A stretch of DNA of 64,000 bases, taken from NCBI GenBank assembly GCA_026390585.1, contig JAPLFP010000173.1, positions 269 to 64,268 on the forward strand, read 5' to 3'. Under the pieces are notes generated by a model that was not told where the DNA came from, did no database searches, and saw nothing but the letters and a program-made list of their open reading frames with translations. The DNA comes from Ignavibacteriales bacterium (GTDB lineage: Bacteria; Bacteroidota; Ignavibacteria; UBA10030). Shown here in pieces: positions 1-9,863 of the stretch. Each line of letters begins with the position of its first letter. Within the stretch, counting starts at the first letter, position 1. The position numbers and the translations under genes were made by a program.

Positions 1-1
1 T

Positions 2-1246
2 CCTCCCCCGGCTCCCAGAATTCCGCTTGAACAGATCGATGTCCGGAGTCTGTCCAAGGAGAAAATCCGCGAGCTCTTCCGCACCGGCCGGCTCCCGACT
101 GCGGAGGCTATCGTCGAGGAGATCTTTATCCGCGCAACGAAATCGGGCTCGACCGATATTCATTTTGAGCCGGTAGAGGGTGAACTGAGAATCCGCTTCG
201 GCCATGAAGGAGTTCTGAAACGTCTCGTCTCTCTACCTCCGGACATGACTGAAAATGTCATGAGCGTTTTGAAGACTCGAGGGAGTCTCAACCAGTTTGA
301 AAAGAAGAAACCCCAGGAAGGACGCTTTTCAGCCGCGTATCATGGGGAGCAGTACGATTTCCGGTTGAGTATCATCCCTGTCCTGATCGGCGAGCGTGCC
401 GAGATTCGCCTGTTGCACAAGACACAACGTATTGCCCGCCTTGAAGAACTCGGTTTCAGTCAGAAGTCGTTCGATGCTATCACCCAGCTTCTAAAACAGC
501 CAAAGGGGCTTCTTCTCGTCACAGGCCCGTCCGGCAGCGGCAAAACGACAACCGTCTTCGCCGCGACAAATGCCATCGAGACACCGGAGAAATGTATCAT
601 CACAGTCGAGGACCCCGTCGAATACAAACTCCCGTATGCGAGCCAGGTCCAGTTGCCGTCAGATCGGTCGTTTAATTTCGCCGATGCCTTGCGTGCGATT
701 CTCCGTCAGAATCCAAACGTCATTCTCATAGGAGAAATCCGTGATGCGGAAACTGGCGTTGTGGCTTCTGAAGCAGCGTTGACGGGCAACCTCGTCCTCA
801 GCACCATGCTTTCCACGGACGCTCTCGGAGCTATCCACCGGCTGTTGAATCTTGGCATTCAGCCATACTGGCTCGCGTCGACAATGGTAGGAGTCATCTA
901 TCAACAGCTGATTCGAAAAATCTGCCCGGACTGCAAAGAAGAGTACCAGGCCCCGGAGAATGAAGTTGCGCTGATCGCGCCATATCTGCAATCAGCACCA
1001 CAGTTTTTTAGCAGGGGCAAGGGATGTCAGAGTTGCGCCAGCACCGGCTACAAAGGGAGAACAGCCATCGGCGAGATTGTATCAGTAAGCATGGAGTTGC
1101 GCGATCTCATCCTCCAACAAGCCTCGCTGATCAAGATGAGAGAAGAGGCCGCTCGTCATGGATTCCAGGGAATCCGTGTGGACGCGGCGGAAAAAGTTGC
1201 ACAGGGTGTGACGACGATTTCGGAGTTCATCCGCGTACTCGGGTAA
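2..1246 (+). CDS. Type II/IV secretion system ATPase, GspE/PilB family (5' end cut by window edge)
   Basis: The reading frame of ORF 245..1246 stays open back to the window start (…IHFEPVEGELRIRFGHEGVLK…). It has Walker A GPSGSGKTTT, Walker B-like NVILIGEIRD and a C-terminal CPDC…CQSC tetracysteine motif. Confidence 0.85.
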   Translation, partial: PPPAPRIPLEQIDVRSLSKEKIRELFRTGRLPTAEAIVEEIFIRATKSGSTDIHFEPVEGELRIRFGHEGVLKRLVSLPPDMTENVMSVLKTRGSLNQFEKKKPQEGRFSAAYHGEQYDFRLSIIPVLIGERAEIRLLHKTQRIARLEELGFSQKSFDAITQLLKQPKGLLLVTGPSGSGKTTTVFAATNAIETPEKCIITVEDPVEYKLPYASQVQLPSDRSFNFADALRAILRQNPNVILIGEIRDAETGVVASEAALTGNLVLSTMLSTDALGAIHRLLNLGIQPYWLASTMVGVIYQQLIRKICPDCKEEYQAPENEVALIAPYLQSAPQFFSRGKGCQSCASTGYKGRTAIGEIVSVSMELRDLILQQASLIKMREEAARHGFQGIRVDAAEKVAQGVTTISEFIRVLG

Positions 1247-1268
1247 CCGTCAAACGTCCCCAAAGCTG

Positions 1269-1310
1269 AAACGCCGTCAGGATCATCTCCTAACGGCGTT
1301 TTCTTTTTTC
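1269..1310. terminator. Rho-independent terminator between convergent genes
   Basis: Stem AACGCCGT (1270..1277) pairs with ACGGCGTT (1293..1300) and is followed by TTTCTTTTTT. It lies between the pilB-like (+) and yjbR-like (-) gene ends. Confidence 0.6.
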
Positions 1311-1328
1311 TTCCCTTTTCCGAGGGGC

Positions 1329-1658
1329 TCATTGCTGGTCGCCGCTCACGAGATCATAGGAGTGGTCAATCATCGCTCTGATTTCCCGCGGCGGGATTGA
1401 TCCATCGAGGACGACGGTGTTCCAATGTTTCTTGTTCATGTGGTACCCGGGCTGGACCGCTTCATAGCGCTCCCGCAGCTCGATGGCTCGTTCGGGGTCA
1501 CATTTCAGGTTCATCGTCTGGGGATGGACATCAAGAAGAAGGAGAAGGAAGATCTTCTGATTGACTTTGAAGACGAGCACCCCTTCTCCGAATGGAAACC
1601 CTTCTGTGACCTTTCCGCTTTTGTTGAGGCAAAATTCACGGACGGCGTCGACGGTCAA
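1329..1658 (-). CDS. MmcQ/YjbR family DNA-binding protein
   Basis: YjbR-type pattern (…FCLNKSGKVTEGFPFGEGVLVFKV…HMNKKHWNTV…). The ORF-track GTG start at 1700 overlaps the upstream gene. TTG at 1658, preceded by GGAGG, is preferred. Confidence 0.65.
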   Translation of the reverse strand: MTVDAVREFCLNKSGKVTEGFPFGEGVLVFKVNQKIFLLLLLDVHPQTMNLKCDPERAIELRERYEAVQPGYHMNKKHWNTVVLDGSIPPREIRAMIDHSYDLVSGDQQ

Positions 1659-1662
1659 CGGT

Positions 1663-2457
1663 CTACCTCCCCATCGCTGCTGCAATTGACGCGACAGCAC
1701 CCGTCGCGGCTTGGGTCAACATCCCAACCTCAGAATTGAAGCTGACGAGCTTCATCCCCTTGGAAGCCCAATGCGATGCAAGCGTAAGATCATTCATGTG
1801 AATGGCGGGATAGACATTCGCACGGCGACAAGCCTCGATGGCAGAAGTGATGGCTGCAACCAGGACCGGATCAGTCATTTGTCCCGAAATCCCCAATGCA
1901 ACAGAGAGGTCCGTCGGTCCCACTAATGCTGCATCAACTCCTTGGATGGCGAGGATCTGATCCATGGCGTCGAGAGCTTGCCGTGTCTCTATCTGCACAA
2001 TGAGCATTGATTCTTCATTTGCATCCTTCATGACATCGACGACAGGGCCCACTTTCAAATCGGTGTGACCGCGAGCAACGACGCTCCCCCTTCTTCCGAG
2101 AGGAGGATATTTCATCATTTGAAGAATCTCTTTAACCTGGCCAGGTTCCGTGATGCGTGGCGCCATGATGGCCTGCGCTCCGGAATCCAGGGGCTGAACG
2201 ATGTGGGCGTACGACCATTCAGGCACACGCACAACAGGGGTCACCCCAACCTGCCGGGCCGCTCTACTGAGGTTGGATATCGTCTCAATGTTGAATGCCC
2301 CATGCTCGTTATCGATGATTACGAAATCGAGCCCCGCGTTCGAGAGCACCTGCATCACTGACGCTTGCCTCACTTCGACAAGCATCGTCCCGATGGCAGA
2401 TTTGCCTTCGCGGAGGAGATGCTTCAGGCGGTTCTGAGGAATAATCGATGGTGCCAT
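1663..2457 (-). CDS. HpcH/HpaI family aldolase (2-keto-3-deoxy-acid aldolase)
   Basis: 264 aa with family-typical length and motifs (…DFVIIDNEHG…, …VRVP…, …IVQIET…ALD…GVDA…VGPTDLS…). Confidence 0.75.
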   Translation of the reverse strand: MAPSIIPQNRLKHLLREGKSAIGTMLVEVRQASVMQVLSNAGLDFVIIDNEHGAFNIETISNLSRAARQVGVTPVVRVPEWSYAHIVQPLDSGAQAIMAPRITEPGQVKEILQMMKYPPLGRRGSVVARGHTDLKVGPVVDVMKDANEESMLIVQIETRQALDAMDQILAIQGVDAALVGPTDLSVALGISGQMTDPVLVAAITSAIEACRRANVYPAIHMNDLTLASHWASKGMKLVSFNSEVGMLTQAATGAVASIAAAMGR

Positions 2458-2496
2458 AATTGATATCCCGTTTGTTTGACAATGAGATGAACACTG

Positions 2497-4905
2497 TTAT
2501 ACGACGGAGGTCTTACCATATCGTTTGAATGCAGAAGCCAGGATACCAAACTGGTCCGTGAGCAGTCCCTCGTATCCACATGGCCAGCCATCCCAGTAGC
2601 GCGCATCGACGCCACTCTTGCTGGCACCATAGACAAGCCCGTCAGCAAGACTGCTACAGAGCTGTTCGAGCAAACTATCTGCCTGTTCCTTCATGCCAAC
2701 AAGATACAACGCATCGACGAAATGACGCGATTGAGAATGAGTGCAAGCCCCATTGCCATAGAATCCTTGCGGATACCCCTGCATGATGTCTGCGAGATCT
2801 TTGTCGGGAATCGGCCAGAGGCTGATGGGCAACCCGAAACGCGCATCGGGGATCTTGACACGCTTCGTCTCGTACCAAAGTTTTTCGATGATCTGACGGG
2901 CACCGCGTTCATTAAGAAGTCCAGCACAAACCGCTGCTCCATTGACAGCAAGGAATCCATAGTCGTGCAATTTGTTCTCTGCACATCTCCAACCTGCGAG
3001 CCATCCAGTTTCAGGATTGAAGAACGCTGGATAGTAATTCTTTTTGAGCGTCTCTGCCCATCCCGACAAACCTCGAACCATTTCCGGTTGGCCAAGGACC
3101 GGCAACACCGTCGACAGCGTCTTCAGGGCAGAATACAGCAATGCGTTCGTCCAGCTATCTTTCCAGCCAAACGAAATGACATCAAACCACACCGTGCTCC
3201 ACTGTCCCGTTCCACTAACGCCGGTTCTGTATTTGCTTTCGACGAGCCCGTCGTTGTCCACGTCGCGCAGGCGCATCTGTTCGATCTTCCGGCGAATCTG
3301 GACCTGATAGGTCTTCACCCAACCAGCAGTACCACTGTGCTGCAGGTACTCGGCAAGGCCGAGCAAACCAGCTGTCCCCGTCATCAGATACTCGTCTTCT
3401 GCTTCGTGGACTTTTCCATCTTGCAGAAGTGGTCCACTTGCATACCCGGGACCTCCATCAAGCCATCGCTCGAGTGAATCGCGCAAGAAGTCGGCTGGCA
3501 TGAGATTGGTCAGGATGGGGTCCATCTTTGTCGTGATTGCGGACCAGTTGTCCAGGCAGATCGGACAATGAATGGAATTTCCGTTGTTGCTGAGTGTGCC
3601 AGTGTCTGCCCGATAGGTGAGCGATGTCAGTGACGAGCGCCTCACCGCCTGGGCGACCGGAATCGGCGCATCATCTCTCAGCGGTGTCGAAATTTGGGCG
3701 ACTCGGAACTCGATGTCTGCGACGAAATGTCCAACGGGGAGAAGATAGTCCCCTTCCGGCTGCGGAACCTCGCCAAGCTTCAATTCGCTCGTCGTCATGT
3801 TCTGCTGCCGAAAGGAGTCCGAGCGCCACAGCGCATCGTTGCCTGAAGTCTTGATCTCCAGCGTTCCGAACCGCGGAAAATGGAGAAGGACGGGGAGGTT
3901 CATGGTTCCCGTTTCCCCTTTGCGAACGATTTTTCCCAGCACATGTGCCGTTGACGCGAGACAGTTGAGCCCGATCATCCATGCACTGCTTCGCCACGCG
4001 CGAATCTCCCGGTCTGCGAATCGCTCTGCATGCAGGATGATGCGATCTTCAAGGATGGTCCATTTCAGAAAGTACCTCTGACCTGTTCCGCCGACAGTGA
4101 CGTTGTACGTAATGGTATTTCCCTGAACGTGCGTTGTGCCTTGAACATCGTAGCGAAGGACACTTGCCGCCGCTGGAACGGCACCCACCCTCGACAACTG
4201 AACGCCCTGGTAAAATGCGCCGGGCTGTAGCTTCAGAACATTCGAGCTTGTCCTGCCTTCCCCTTCTTCGTCAATCGCGAGAAAGGAGAAGCCGGTGCGA
4301 TTCAGCCGAAAACCGACATCCAGGAAGCGGGAACAGAATCTGACTTCCCCTGCGTCACAATGCGCTGAAACTCCATTTGGCAGTTCGTCGATGGACATGC
4401 TGTCGAGCTTCAATATTCTTTCATTGCGAGGTGCGATGCCGCCGAGCGGTTCACCTTCAAGGACAAATGCTCCGGAAGCGAGATTCCACGATGTCCACCA
4501 ATTGTCTATCCCGCATCGGCGCGCCTCTATGAGGACAGCGGATGATTCTGCGCCTCGCAAGTCGAACCAGGTCATTTCCTCGGACGGAGTGGGGACTGAT
4601 TGCTCCCTCCGAAGGACAGCCCATTCTTTTCCATTCCATACCAAAATGCGAAAAGACGTGACCCAATCCAGGTCCTGGCGACTGCCACACTTGTGATAGC
4701 CAGGTGCCCGGCGAAGTCCGATCCTGTTCAGGCGGGCATGGGTATGCAACTGCAATATCCGGGCGTGGATGATCCGGTTGCGCGGGGCACCATCCTCGCC
4801 ATCAAGAGGAGAGGTCCATATCGCCCGACAAGAGGAGAGGTTCCCGAACGACCCCACATCCCCCATCGGGGGTTCGAGGTCTTTTAATGTCAAGAGATCA
4901 GTCAT
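2497..4905 (-). CDS. Large uncharacterised protein with a C-terminal (alpha/alpha)6-barrel glycoside-hydrolase-like domain
   Basis: The ORF is 855 aa, but the first 53 codons overlap ispG. ATG at 4905 (MTDLLTLKDLE…) gives 802 aa. The C-terminal half is Trp/Gly-rich and helical (…GTAGLLGLAEYL…WTNALLYSAL…GFYGNGACTH…), resembling glucoamylase or debranching-type barrels. No signal peptide. Confidence 0.5.
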   Translation of the reverse strand: MTDLLTLKDLEPPMGDVGSFGNLSSCRAIWTSPLDGEDGAPRNRIIHARILQLHTHARLNRIGLRRAPGYHKCGSRQDLDWVTSFRILVWNGKEWAVLRREQSVPTPSEEMTWFDLRGAESSAVLIEARRCGIDNWWTSWNLASGAFVLEGEPLGGIAPRNERILKLDSMSIDELPNGVSAHCDAGEVRFCSRFLDVGFRLNRTGFSFLAIDEEGEGRTSSNVLKLQPGAFYQGVQLSRVGAVPAAASVLRYDVQGTTHVQGNTITYNVTVGGTGQRYFLKWTILEDRIILHAERFADREIRAWRSSAWMIGLNCLASTAHVLGKIVRKGETGTMNLPVLLHFPRFGTLEIKTSGNDALWRSDSFRQQNMTTSELKLGEVPQPEGDYLLPVGHFVADIEFRVAQISTPLRDDAPIPVAQAVRRSSLTSLTYRADTGTLSNNGNSIHCPICLDNWSAITTKMDPILTNLMPADFLRDSLERWLDGGPGYASGPLLQDGKVHEAEDEYLMTGTAGLLGLAEYLQHSGTAGWVKTYQVQIRRKIEQMRLRDVDNDGLVESKYRTGVSGTGQWSTVWFDVISFGWKDSWTNALLYSALKTLSTVLPVLGQPEMVRGLSGWAETLKKNYYPAFFNPETGWLAGWRCAENKLHDYGFLAVNGAAVCAGLLNERGARQIIEKLWYETKRVKIPDARFGLPISLWPIPDKDLADIMQGYPQGFYGNGACTHSQSRHFVDALYLVGMKEQADSLLEQLCSSLADGLVYGASKSGVDARYWDGWPCGYEGLLTDQFGILASAFKRYGKTSVV

Positions 4906-5014
4906 AGGATACTGCAAGGTACGAACTCTGTCAGTGTGAATCAAAAAGAAAGCCGGACATGCTCTCCGGCTTATGAGACTCCAACAACCATGTGATTCTT
5001 CAACAACTTGTTTT

Positions 5015-6109
5015 TCAAGCTTCAGGCTGGAATCGTTCGACTTCCTCCAATACTGCGCTGACAATCTCCTCTTCTTTCACCCGCCTGACGACTTCCCCTT
5101 TGCGGTACAGAATAGCCACACCTTTGCCAGCCGCGACGCCGATATCGGCTTCGCTGGCTTCCCCCGGACCGTTCACGACACAACCGAGGACGGCGATTTT
5201 CACAGGTTTCTTGACTTTCGCCAACTTCTCCTCGAGCTGAGCCATAATACCAAAAAGATCCACCTCGAGTCTTCCGCATGTCGGACAAGCGATGAGTTCC
5301 AGACTCCGGCTGGCGAGGCTCAGTGACCGCAGGATCTCTTTCCCGACCTCCACCTCTTTCACCGGATCATCTGTCAACGAAACCCGAATCGTGTCGCCGA
5401 TCCCTTCGGCCAGAAGAGTGCCGATACCAATTGCTGATTTTATGGTGCCAACACGCGCCGTGCCGGCTTCTGTTACTCCAAGATGTAGGGGAATATCCGT
5501 CCTCTCTGCGACAAGTCGATACGCCTCGATCATCAGTTTCACGTCTGTCGACTTCACTGAGATCACAACATCCTTGAATTCGAATTCATCACAGATGCCG
5601 ACATGGCGCATCGCACTTTCATACAGGGCTTCGGCGGTCGGATAGCCATGTTTCTGAAGGATGTCTTCCTCCAATGATCCTGAGTTCACACCGATGCGAA
5701 TCGGGATCCCCTTGTCTTTGCATGCACTCAGCACCTGGCGGATCCGGTCCTTTGAACCGATGTTTCCCGGATTGATCCTCACCTTCGCCACCCCAGCTTC
5801 CACAGCCTTGAGGGCAAAGACGTGGTTGAAGTGAATATCAGCGACGATGGGAACAGGAGACTGACGCACGATGTCCTTCATCGCATCAGCGGCCCCCTTG
5901 TCATTGACGGTAACGCGAACGATGTCCACCCCTGCTTCAGCGGAAGCGCGTATCTGCGCGACAGTACCGGCCACGTCATCGGTCTTCGTCTTTGTCATCG
6001 TTTGGACGGAGATCGGAGCATCGCCGCCAATCTTCACTCCACCGACAACCACCTGCCGGGTTTTCCGTCTCATCCCCACCTTGTATGTCTTGTGCTGCTC
6101 CACGCCCAT
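5015..6109 (-). CDS. ispG: 4-hydroxy-3-methylbut-2-en-1-yl diphosphate synthase
   Basis: 364 aa. Motifs: …APISVQTMT…, …DIVRVTV…, CPTCGR, GCVVNGPGEA. Confidence 0.9.
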   Translation of the reverse strand: MGVEQHKTYKVGMRRKTRQVVVGGVKIGGDAPISVQTMTKTKTDDVAGTVAQIRASAEAGVDIVRVTVNDKGAADAMKDIVRQSPVPIVADIHFNHVFALKAVEAGVAKVRINPGNIGSKDRIRQVLSACKDKGIPIRIGVNSGSLEEDILQKHGYPTAEALYESAMRHVGICDEFEFKDVVISVKSTDVKLMIEAYRLVAERTDIPLHLGVTEAGTARVGTIKSAIGIGTLLAEGIGDTIRVSLTDDPVKEVEVGKEILRSLSLASRSLELIACPTCGRLEVDLFGIMAQLEEKLAKVKKPVKIAVLGCVVNGPGEASEADIGVAAGKGVAILYRKGEVVRRVKEEEIVSAVLEEVERFQPEA

Positions 6110-6128
6110 TCCGCCTTCTGACTTCGTT

Positions 6129-7061
6129 TCAGTTCAGTTTCTTGCTCGCTTCGAAGAGAATTTTCTTCTCATCTTCTGACAGGCTCTGATAGCCACCGCG
6201 ACCGATCTTGTCGAGGATCTCGTCAATTTTCTTCTGATAGAGTTCCTGCTCAGTTTTCGGACGCTGCTCGCCGATGTCGAAGACCTTGGCTTCGACAACA
6301 TCTTCATGTTTCTCTTCTTTTCTCTTGTACCGCTCTTTGTTGACCAACCACCCGATCTGCTCAATGAACCTTTGGAAGGGGAAGCGCCGGGCAAGAATAA
6401 GGACGTACGCATATCCCGCAGCAGCTCCGCCAAGGTGCGCTAGATTGGCGATCGCCCCCTGACCGCCTACGGACATCACGCCGAAGACAATGAGGCCGAA
6501 AATAAGGTACTTCGCTTTGACGGGCAGGAGAAAGTAGATGAAGATATATCGGTCGGGAAACATCATCGCAAACGCGACGAGCACGCCATACACGGCCCCC
6601 GATGCGCCGATCGTCGGAATCCCCTGACCAAGAGCAGTGACGACTGAACCCGGCTCAAGGATCGGAGCGAGAAGAAGCTGGAAGATTCCGGCAATGACCC
6701 CGCAGACCAGATAGAATGTCAGGAATCGTTTCGAACCCCAGACGTGTTCAACTTCCATCCCGAACATCCAGAGCCCGAAAACCATGTTATAGAGGATATG
6801 CATGAAATCAAAATGCAGAAACTGATAGGTGATTAGCTGCCACGGATAGAATCCGTGATCGAGGGGCATGAGGCCGAAATAGGTGTTGGCAAAATACTCC
6901 AGCGGAATCCCGCCGATATAGAACATCCTGCCGCCGAAACCGAAGAGCAAATACGCTGCGGCGTTGGTGATCAGAAGCCATTTGATGACCGGCGGGAAGA
7001 ACTGAAACCCGCCGAACGTCGATGGACGATAGTAGTTCCCTTGATCAGGGTAAGGTGACAT
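6129..7061 (-). CDS. Rhomboid family intramembrane serine protease
   Basis: Multi-pass membrane protein with the catalytic GASGAVYG motif and a downstream H in a GG-rich helix (LAHLGGAAAG). ATG at 7061 is preferred over the longer ORF start at 7157. It has a charged C-terminal tail. Confidence 0.8.
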   Translation of the reverse strand: MSPYPDQGNYYRPSTFGGFQFFPPVIKWLLITNAAAYLLFGFGGRMFYIGGIPLEYFANTYFGLMPLDHGFYPWQLITYQFLHFDFMHILYNMVFGLWMFGMEVEHVWGSKRFLTFYLVCGVIAGIFQLLLAPILEPGSVVTALGQGIPTIGASGAVYGVLVAFAMMFPDRYIFIYFLLPVKAKYLIFGLIVFGVMSVGGQGAIANLAHLGGAAAGYAYVLILARRFPFQRFIEQIGWLVNKERYKRKEEKHEDVVEAKVFDIGEQRPKTEQELYQKKIDEILDKIGRGGYQSLSEDEKKILFEASKKLN

Positions 7062-7190
7062 ATTTTCCTGCACTTCGATTATGAAAGACGCGATCAACCT
7101 TTTGGTTGATTCTGAAACAAATGAGTGTGAGAAGGAGGGCGCACCCTCCCCCCACACTCATGCGAACATGCTCAATCCACCGGTTCTCAA

Positions 7191-8459
7191 TCAGGCTTTG
7201 TCGTTCAGTGCCGCCACTCCCGGCAGTATTTTCCCTTCAAGAAACTCCAAAGAGGCACCTCCGCCCGTTGAAACGTGGGAGACCTGCTTTTCCAGACCTG
7301 CTTTCGCAATCGCAGAAGCGGAATCACCGCCTCCGACGATCGTCACAGCACCGGCTTTGGTTGCATCAGCCATTGCTTGCGCGATAGCGTTTGTCCCATT
7401 GGCGAAGTTCGACATCTCGAAGACACCCATCGGACCATTCCAAACAATAGTCTTCGCCTTCTTGACCTCTTCGCAGAAGAGTTTGATCGTCTCCGGACCG
7501 ATATCCACACCAGCCCAGTCCGCCGGAATTGCGTTAACCGGCACGACCTTCGTGGCTGCTGCATTGTCGAATTTGTCGGCAACGAGTGTATCGACCGGAA
7601 GAAGGAGCTTCACGTTTCTTGCCTTGGCATCGGCAAGCAGCTTTTTGGCAAGCTCGATCTTATCTTCTTCTAACAATGATTTGCCGATTTCCATTCCCTG
7701 AGCTTTGTAGAAGGTGTACATCATCCCGCCGCCGATGAGAAGTGCATCGACTCTTCCCATCAGGTTCTGGATAACATCGATTTTCCCGGAGATTTTCGCA
7801 CCGCCAAGAACAGCGACATAGGGCTTTGTCGGGTACTCGATGGCTTTGCTCAGGTAGTCAAGTTCCTTTTCCATCAGGAATCCCGCCACGGCCGGAAGGA
7901 GATGGGCAACAGTTTCTGTCGAAGCGTGAGCACGATGCGCACTACCAAACGCATCATTCACAAAGACATCTCCGTAGGACGCGAGCTCTTTTGCCATTCC
8001 TTCGCGATCGGCTGCATCCTTCGATGTCTCTGCTTTGTGAAACCTTGTGTTCTCAAGCATCAAGACTTCCCCGTTCTTGAGACCATCGACAACAGCTTTG
8101 GTCTCAGGACCGATCGCCGCCGGAGCCAACTTGACAGGGCGGCCGAGCAGTTCAGACAAATGCTCGACAATGGGTTTCATCTTGTGCTTGCCTTCGATGT
8201 ACTTCGCCTCGTCAAACGGCTTTCCATCCTTCTCCGCTTTCTCTTTCGCCTTCTGCGCATCTTTTTTCGGATCGCCGAGATGCGACATCAGCACCAGTGA
8301 TTTTGCTCCATGTTCTAAAACGTACTGAATCGTAGGCAATGCCGCACGCATGCGGATGTCGTCCTGGATAACAGCGTTCTTCAACGGAACATTGAAATCC
8401 ACACGCATCAACACACGCTTTCCTGTGAAGTCTATGTCACGCACAGTCTTCTTGTTCAT
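7191..8459 (-). CDS. pgk: Phosphoglycerate kinase
   Basis: 422 aa. Motifs: [49 protein letters not shown]. It carries a Lys/Glu-rich insertion after SHLG. Confidence 0.92.
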   Translation of the reverse strand: MNKKTVRDIDFTGKRVLMRVDFNVPLKNAVIQDDIRMRAALPTIQYVLEHGAKSLVLMSHLGDPKKDAQKAKEKAEKDGKPFDEAKYIEGKHKMKPIVEHLSELLGRPVKLAPAAIGPETKAVVDGLKNGEVLMLENTRFHKAETSKDAADREGMAKELASYGDVFVNDAFGSAHRAHASTETVAHLLPAVAGFLMEKELDYLSKAIEYPTKPYVAVLGGAKISGKIDVIQNLMGRVDALLIGGGMMYTFYKAQGMEIGKSLLEEDKIELAKKLLADAKARNVKLLLPVDTLVADKFDNAAATKVVPVNAIPADWAGVDIGPETIKLFCEEVKKAKTIVWNGPMGVFEMSNFANGTNAIAQAMADATKAGAVTIVGGGDSASAIAKAGLEKQVSHVSTGGGASLEFLEGKILPGVAALNDKA

Positions 8460-8479
8460 AGCAACCTTTCCTAAGAGAA

Positions 8480-8612
8480 GAAATCCGAAATACTAATGCC
8501 AAAATACGAAACAATATCGAAGCACGAATTGTGCAGTCACGGTGACAGTTTCGATTCTAGAGTTTCGTCCTTCGAATTTCCGATTTGTTTCGAGCTTCGT
8601 ATTTCGGATTTC
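8480..8612. repeat. Long imperfect inverted repeat in the gap-pgk intergenic region
   Basis: Perfect 14-bp arms GAAATCCGAAATAC (8480..8493) and GTATTTCGGATTTC (8599..8612). Nested arms CGAAACAA (8507..8514) and TTGTTTCG (8585..8592). The left half is rich in CGAA(A) and the right half in (T)TTCG. Confidence 0.7.
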
Positions 8613-8657
8613 GAATTTGGAGATCTCGCCCCTTCACTCAACTTTCCAGTTTTGGAG

Positions 8658-9713
8658 TTAGAGCTTGGACGCCATCAGATTGGCGAGGTCAGCGGTGCGA
8701 ACGGAATAGCCCCATTCGTTGTCGTACCATGTCACGACCTTGATGAAGTCGTTCTTTTCCTTGCCAAGAACCGAGGTAAACGGCAAATCCACAGACGAAC
8801 TGTGAGGATCACCCTTGTAATCGATGCTCACCAACGGCTCATCGACTGCAGCGAGGATGCCTTTCATCGGTCCGGACGCCGCATCTCGGAATGCCTGACG
8901 CAGTTCTTCCGTCGTGCATGCTGTTCCGATATTGGCTGTGAAATCAACGACAGAAACGGTGGAGGTCGGAACGCGCAAGGCATAACCATCAAATTTGCCT
9001 TTCAAGTCCGGAATGACGAGAGCGACGGCCTTCGCAGCGCCCGTCGTGGTCGGTATGATGCTCATGGCAGCCGCACGTGCACGCCGCAGATCGCTGTGCG
9101 GAAGGTCAAGAATCTTCTGATCATTCGTGTAGGCATGAACCGTCGTCATAAATGCGCGGATAATCTTGAACTTATCATGCACAACTTTCGCTGCCGGTGC
9201 AAGACAGTTTGTCGTGCAAGATGCGTTCGACACAACATGATGGTTCGCGGGATCATACATATTGTCGTTCACTCCCAGGACAATCGTGAGGTCTTCACCT
9301 TCGGCCGGAGCAGTGATAATGACTTTCTTGGCGCCACCCTTGGTGATGTGATTCTCTGCACCCTTAACAGTCTTTCCCTTCTTGTTGACGCCATCCTTCT
9401 TGATGGTGAACAATCCGGTGCCTTCGATAACGATATCAACGCCATTGGCTGACCATGGCAAGTTGGAAGGATCGGTCTCTTTGAAGACCTTGACCGTCTT
9501 CCCATCGATCATCAAAACGCCTTCACCGACTTCGACCTTGCCATTGAATCTACCATAGTTCGAGTCGTACTTGAGCAAGTGGGCCATTGTCTTGAGGTCA
9601 CCGATATCATTGATTGCGACGACTTCAAGCGTGTTCGGGTACTTGTCCCGGATCGCTTTGAGCACTTGACGACCAATACGGCCAAAGCCATTAATACCTA
9701 CGCGGACTGCCAT
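8658..9713 (-). CDS. gap: Type I glyceraldehyde-3-phosphate dehydrogenase
   Basis: 351 aa. Motifs: [35 protein letters not shown] lies upstream of the ATG. Confidence 0.93.
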   Translation of the reverse strand: MAVRVGINGFGRIGRQVLKAIRDKYPNTLEVVAINDIGDLKTMAHLLKYDSNYGRFNGKVEVGEGVLMIDGKTVKVFKETDPSNLPWSANGVDIVIEGTGLFTIKKDGVNKKGKTVKGAENHITKGGAKKVIITAPAEGEDLTIVLGVNDNMYDPANHHVVSNASCTTNCLAPAAKVVHDKFKIIRAFMTTVHAYTNDQKILDLPHSDLRRARAAAMSIIPTTTGAAKAVALVIPDLKGKFDGYALRVPTSTVSVVDFTANIGTACTTEELRQAFRDAASGPMKGILAAVDEPLVSIDYKGDPHSSSVDLPFTSVLGKEKNDFIKVVTWYDNEWGYSVRTADLANLMASKL

Positions 9714-9863
9714 TGGAGCCTCCTAAAGTATAGAATGTCTGAATTCCCGGTTGAAAACCTCAAAAGAGGTTAGAAAACTTACCGAGAAATGGACTGAAAG
9801 TCAAGAAAACGGGGTTCTGGCGAATGCTGAACAGCTTTCTCGGAAGTTGGAAAAGATTCGGCA

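Noticed and set aside
4906-5064. N-terminal extensions of ORF-track entries that overlap upstream genes. Examples are 4906..5064, 7062..7157, 12476..12535, 19570..19677, 21870..21941 and 62347..62442.
   Set aside because: Internal ATG codons that match conserved protein N-termini and remove the overlaps are available. The extensions have no homology-like character.
8478-8622. Possible CRISPR array or tandem-repeat locus, given the many CGAAA/TTTCG units.
   Set aside because: The units are 5-7 nt, irregularly spaced and arranged as an inverted repeat rather than direct repeats of 24-48 nt with unique spacers. No cas genes are present in the window.
8496-9452. A 318-aa plus-strand ORF. Similar long ORFs occur at 10595..11371, 25751..26428, 47926..48687, 48597..49211, 50228..50965, 54346..55149 and 58718..59599.
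   Set aside because: Each lies antisense to a confidently identified conserved gene (gap, uvrB, valS, hrcA, grpE, dnaJ/comEA, pckA, lptB). Their translations are Arg/Ser/His-rich with low complexity and no motifs. They are typical shadow ORFs in GC-moderate DNA.
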